The notes beneath the pieces are model-generated. The model ran no database searches. It saw only the letters and a list, made by a program, of their open reading frames with translations, and was not told the origin of the DNA. Shown here in pieces: positions 62,477 to 64,000 of a stretch of 64,000 bases of DNA; position 1 is the stretch's first letter, and each line of letters opens with the position of its first letter. The DNA is from an uncultured delta proteobacterium. GTDB lineage: Bacteria; Desulfobacterota; Binatia; Bin18. The stretch lies in assembly GCA_963733195.1 (NCBI GenBank), contig CAVTCR010000073.1, positions 160,001 to 224,000 on the forward strand, written 5' to 3'. The position numbers and the translations under genes are program-made.

Positions 62477-63838
62477 ATGAGAGTTGAAATCGCCACCAGG
62501 AAAGAGGGGGGACGAGTGCCACGATTCCGTTTTGTTGTGATGGGAGCCGTTTGGCTGACGATGTTCTTTCTCTTTCTTGATCGGGTGAACATCTCGCTTG
62601 CTGCACCGTATCTCATGGATGGACTGAAACTCAATGGTGTGGAGATGGGTGTTGTCCTCAGTATGTATTACTGGGGATATATGGCAGGGCAGTTGGGCGG
62701 AGGTTTCGCCGCTGACCATTGGACAATCCGCATCTGGGCCTCAGTTATGTTCCTGGCGTGGTGTGTGCTCACCGTACTCACCGGAGTGTGCAACTCACTC
62801 TGGCAACTGGCGCTCGTACGTGGCCTGTTTGGCGCCTGCGAAGGTGCAGTCGCCAATCCCACGCATAAATTAGAAAATCACTGGGTGTTGCCAAATGAAC
62901 GAGGGCGCGTTTATGGCATTGCAATCGGCTGTGGCTATCTGGGATTGATTCTTGGCACTCCCCTGGTGAGTTGGCTGATCGATGGCTGGGGATGGCGCGT
63001 TATGTTCTATGGTACTGGGGTACTCAGTGTCCTTGGTGCCATGTGTTTTTGGGTTCTGGTGTACGATCATCCGCGAGACCATCCCTGGATTTCGTTACAA
63101 GAACGAACGTTCCTGGAAGAGGAGCTTACCAAAGATCGGGTCACGTTCGATCCTACGCGCGGTGCTGTGCATACGCTCTCTTTTCGTGAAGCGTTTGCCT
63201 TCCTGTTGCATACTCCCGCTTATTGGGGGCTGTGTGCCGTGAGCTTCTTTGCGCTGGGAACGTTCTTTACGAACCTCAGCTGGCTCCCTGGATACCTGGT
63301 CAAAGATCGGGGCTACACGGTGATAAACAGCGGTCTCTATCTTATCTTACCGTACATCGCTGCTCTCGTGGGTTCTCTTACTGGTGGCTATGTGGGCGAC
63401 CGTTTGGGAAGCCGCGGTGCTGTGGCGCTCTGTGCCAGCATTGTGACTGGACCGGCGATCATGGGACTGGTTGTGAGCCAAGACGTAACATCTGTTATCC
63501 TCTGGATGAGCATTGCACTATTTATGAATGCTGCGGCGGTGAATAGCCTGATCATATTGCTTTTTGACTTGCTTCCTGCAGAGGTGCTGGGCGTCTCGGT
63601 AGCGATCTTTTCAGGTGTGTGCGGTGGTTTAGGCGGAATCGTCGGGCCACTGATCATGGGGTATGCCTATGATCGCACCGGCACGTTTTGGTGGGGGTTT
63701 GCTAGCTTGGCAGCAGGAGCGGTAGCCGCAACACTAATTCTTCTGCCGATTACGATGTATGAAAAACGTGTGAAGCGCGAGAAACGAGAGAAGGCTGCGC
63801 AGTTTGTGATTGGTGTTCGTGAGGCGGCTGAGGCGTAA
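62477..63838 (+). CDS. MFS transporter (anion:cation symporter-like)
   Basis: LDRVNISLAAP, GWGWR..FY, D.P.DHPWIS..E, WLPGYL...RG. Confidence 0.9.
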   Translation: MRVEIATRKEGGRVPRFRFVVMGAVWLTMFFLFLDRVNISLAAPYLMDGLKLNGVEMGVVLSMYYWGYMAGQLGGGFAADHWTIRIWASVMFLAWCVLTVLTGVCNSLWQLALVRGLFGACEGAVANPTHKLENHWVLPNERGRVYGIAIGCGYLGLILGTPLVSWLIDGWGWRVMFYGTGVLSVLGAMCFWVLVYDHPRDHPWISLQERTFLEEELTKDRVTFDPTRGAVHTLSFREAFAFLLHTPAYWGLCAVSFFALGTFFTNLSWLPGYLVKDRGYTVINSGLYLILPYIAALVGSLTGGYVGDRLGSRGAVALCASIVTGPAIMGLVVSQDVTSVILWMSIALFMNAAAVNSLIILLFDLLPAEVLGVSVAIFSGVCGGLGGIVGPLIMGYAYDRTGTFWWGFASLAAGAVAATLILLPITMYEKRVKREKREKAAQFVIGVREAAEA

Positions 63839-63861
63839 TAGCAGAGAATAAGGAGTATGCT

Positions 63862-64000
63862 ATGGCGAAGAAAGTCAGTTTTGGCTTGACGCTACCGAAT
63901 CGGGGCGTTGTCCTCGGGATCACGACTGTTAAAGAAATGCTGGAGTTGAGTGTCGAGGCGGAAAAGTCCGGCGTGTTTGACTCCATCTGGGCGGGCGACA
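63862..64000 (+). CDS. LLM class oxidoreductase, 5' part (runs off the window)
   Basis: MAKKVSFGLTLPNRG...AEKSGVFDSIWAGD; AAGGAG RBS. Confidence 0.8.
   Translation, partial: MAKKVSFGLTLPNRGVVLGITTVKEMLELSVEAEKSGVFDSIWAGD

Overview
Bacterial chromosomal window. Gene content (several luciferase-like oxidoreductases, amidohydrolase, GAFTDA-type sigma-54 activator, Re-citrate synthase) suggests a Deltaproteobacteria/Binatia-like organism; this is inference. Left to right: (1) a sigma-54 regulator, then an HTH-fused citrate-synthase-fold gene divergent from a Re-citrate synthase across a palindromic operator; (2) a ~28 kb Wzy-dependent surface polysaccharide locus (Wza, Wzc, Wzx, Wzy, GT4s, FkbM, bi-domain oxidoreductase, DUF4838, heparinase II/III-like, PglCDEF-like genes), with many frameshifts that look like sequencing indels; (3) a glycogen locus opening with a glgA::phosphomutase chimera; (4) a probable AhpD-like selenoprotein (CxxU with a SECIS-like hairpin), acs, cysS and mtgA interrupted by IS630; (5) a non-canonical ergothioneine-type operon (ATP-grasp, egtC, egtB, egtD, asparaginase-like) lacking egtA and egtE, with a divergent GST and BT1-type MFS; (6) a mobile patch with two kinds of MITE, an ISAzo13 transposase and a solitary attC with a cassette-like gene; (7) a CitE-like lyase, an MFS and the start of an LLM gene. 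The best candidate for an undescribed system is the ATP-grasp/asparaginase variant of the egt pathway. All family calls come from motif recognition by eye, not database searches.
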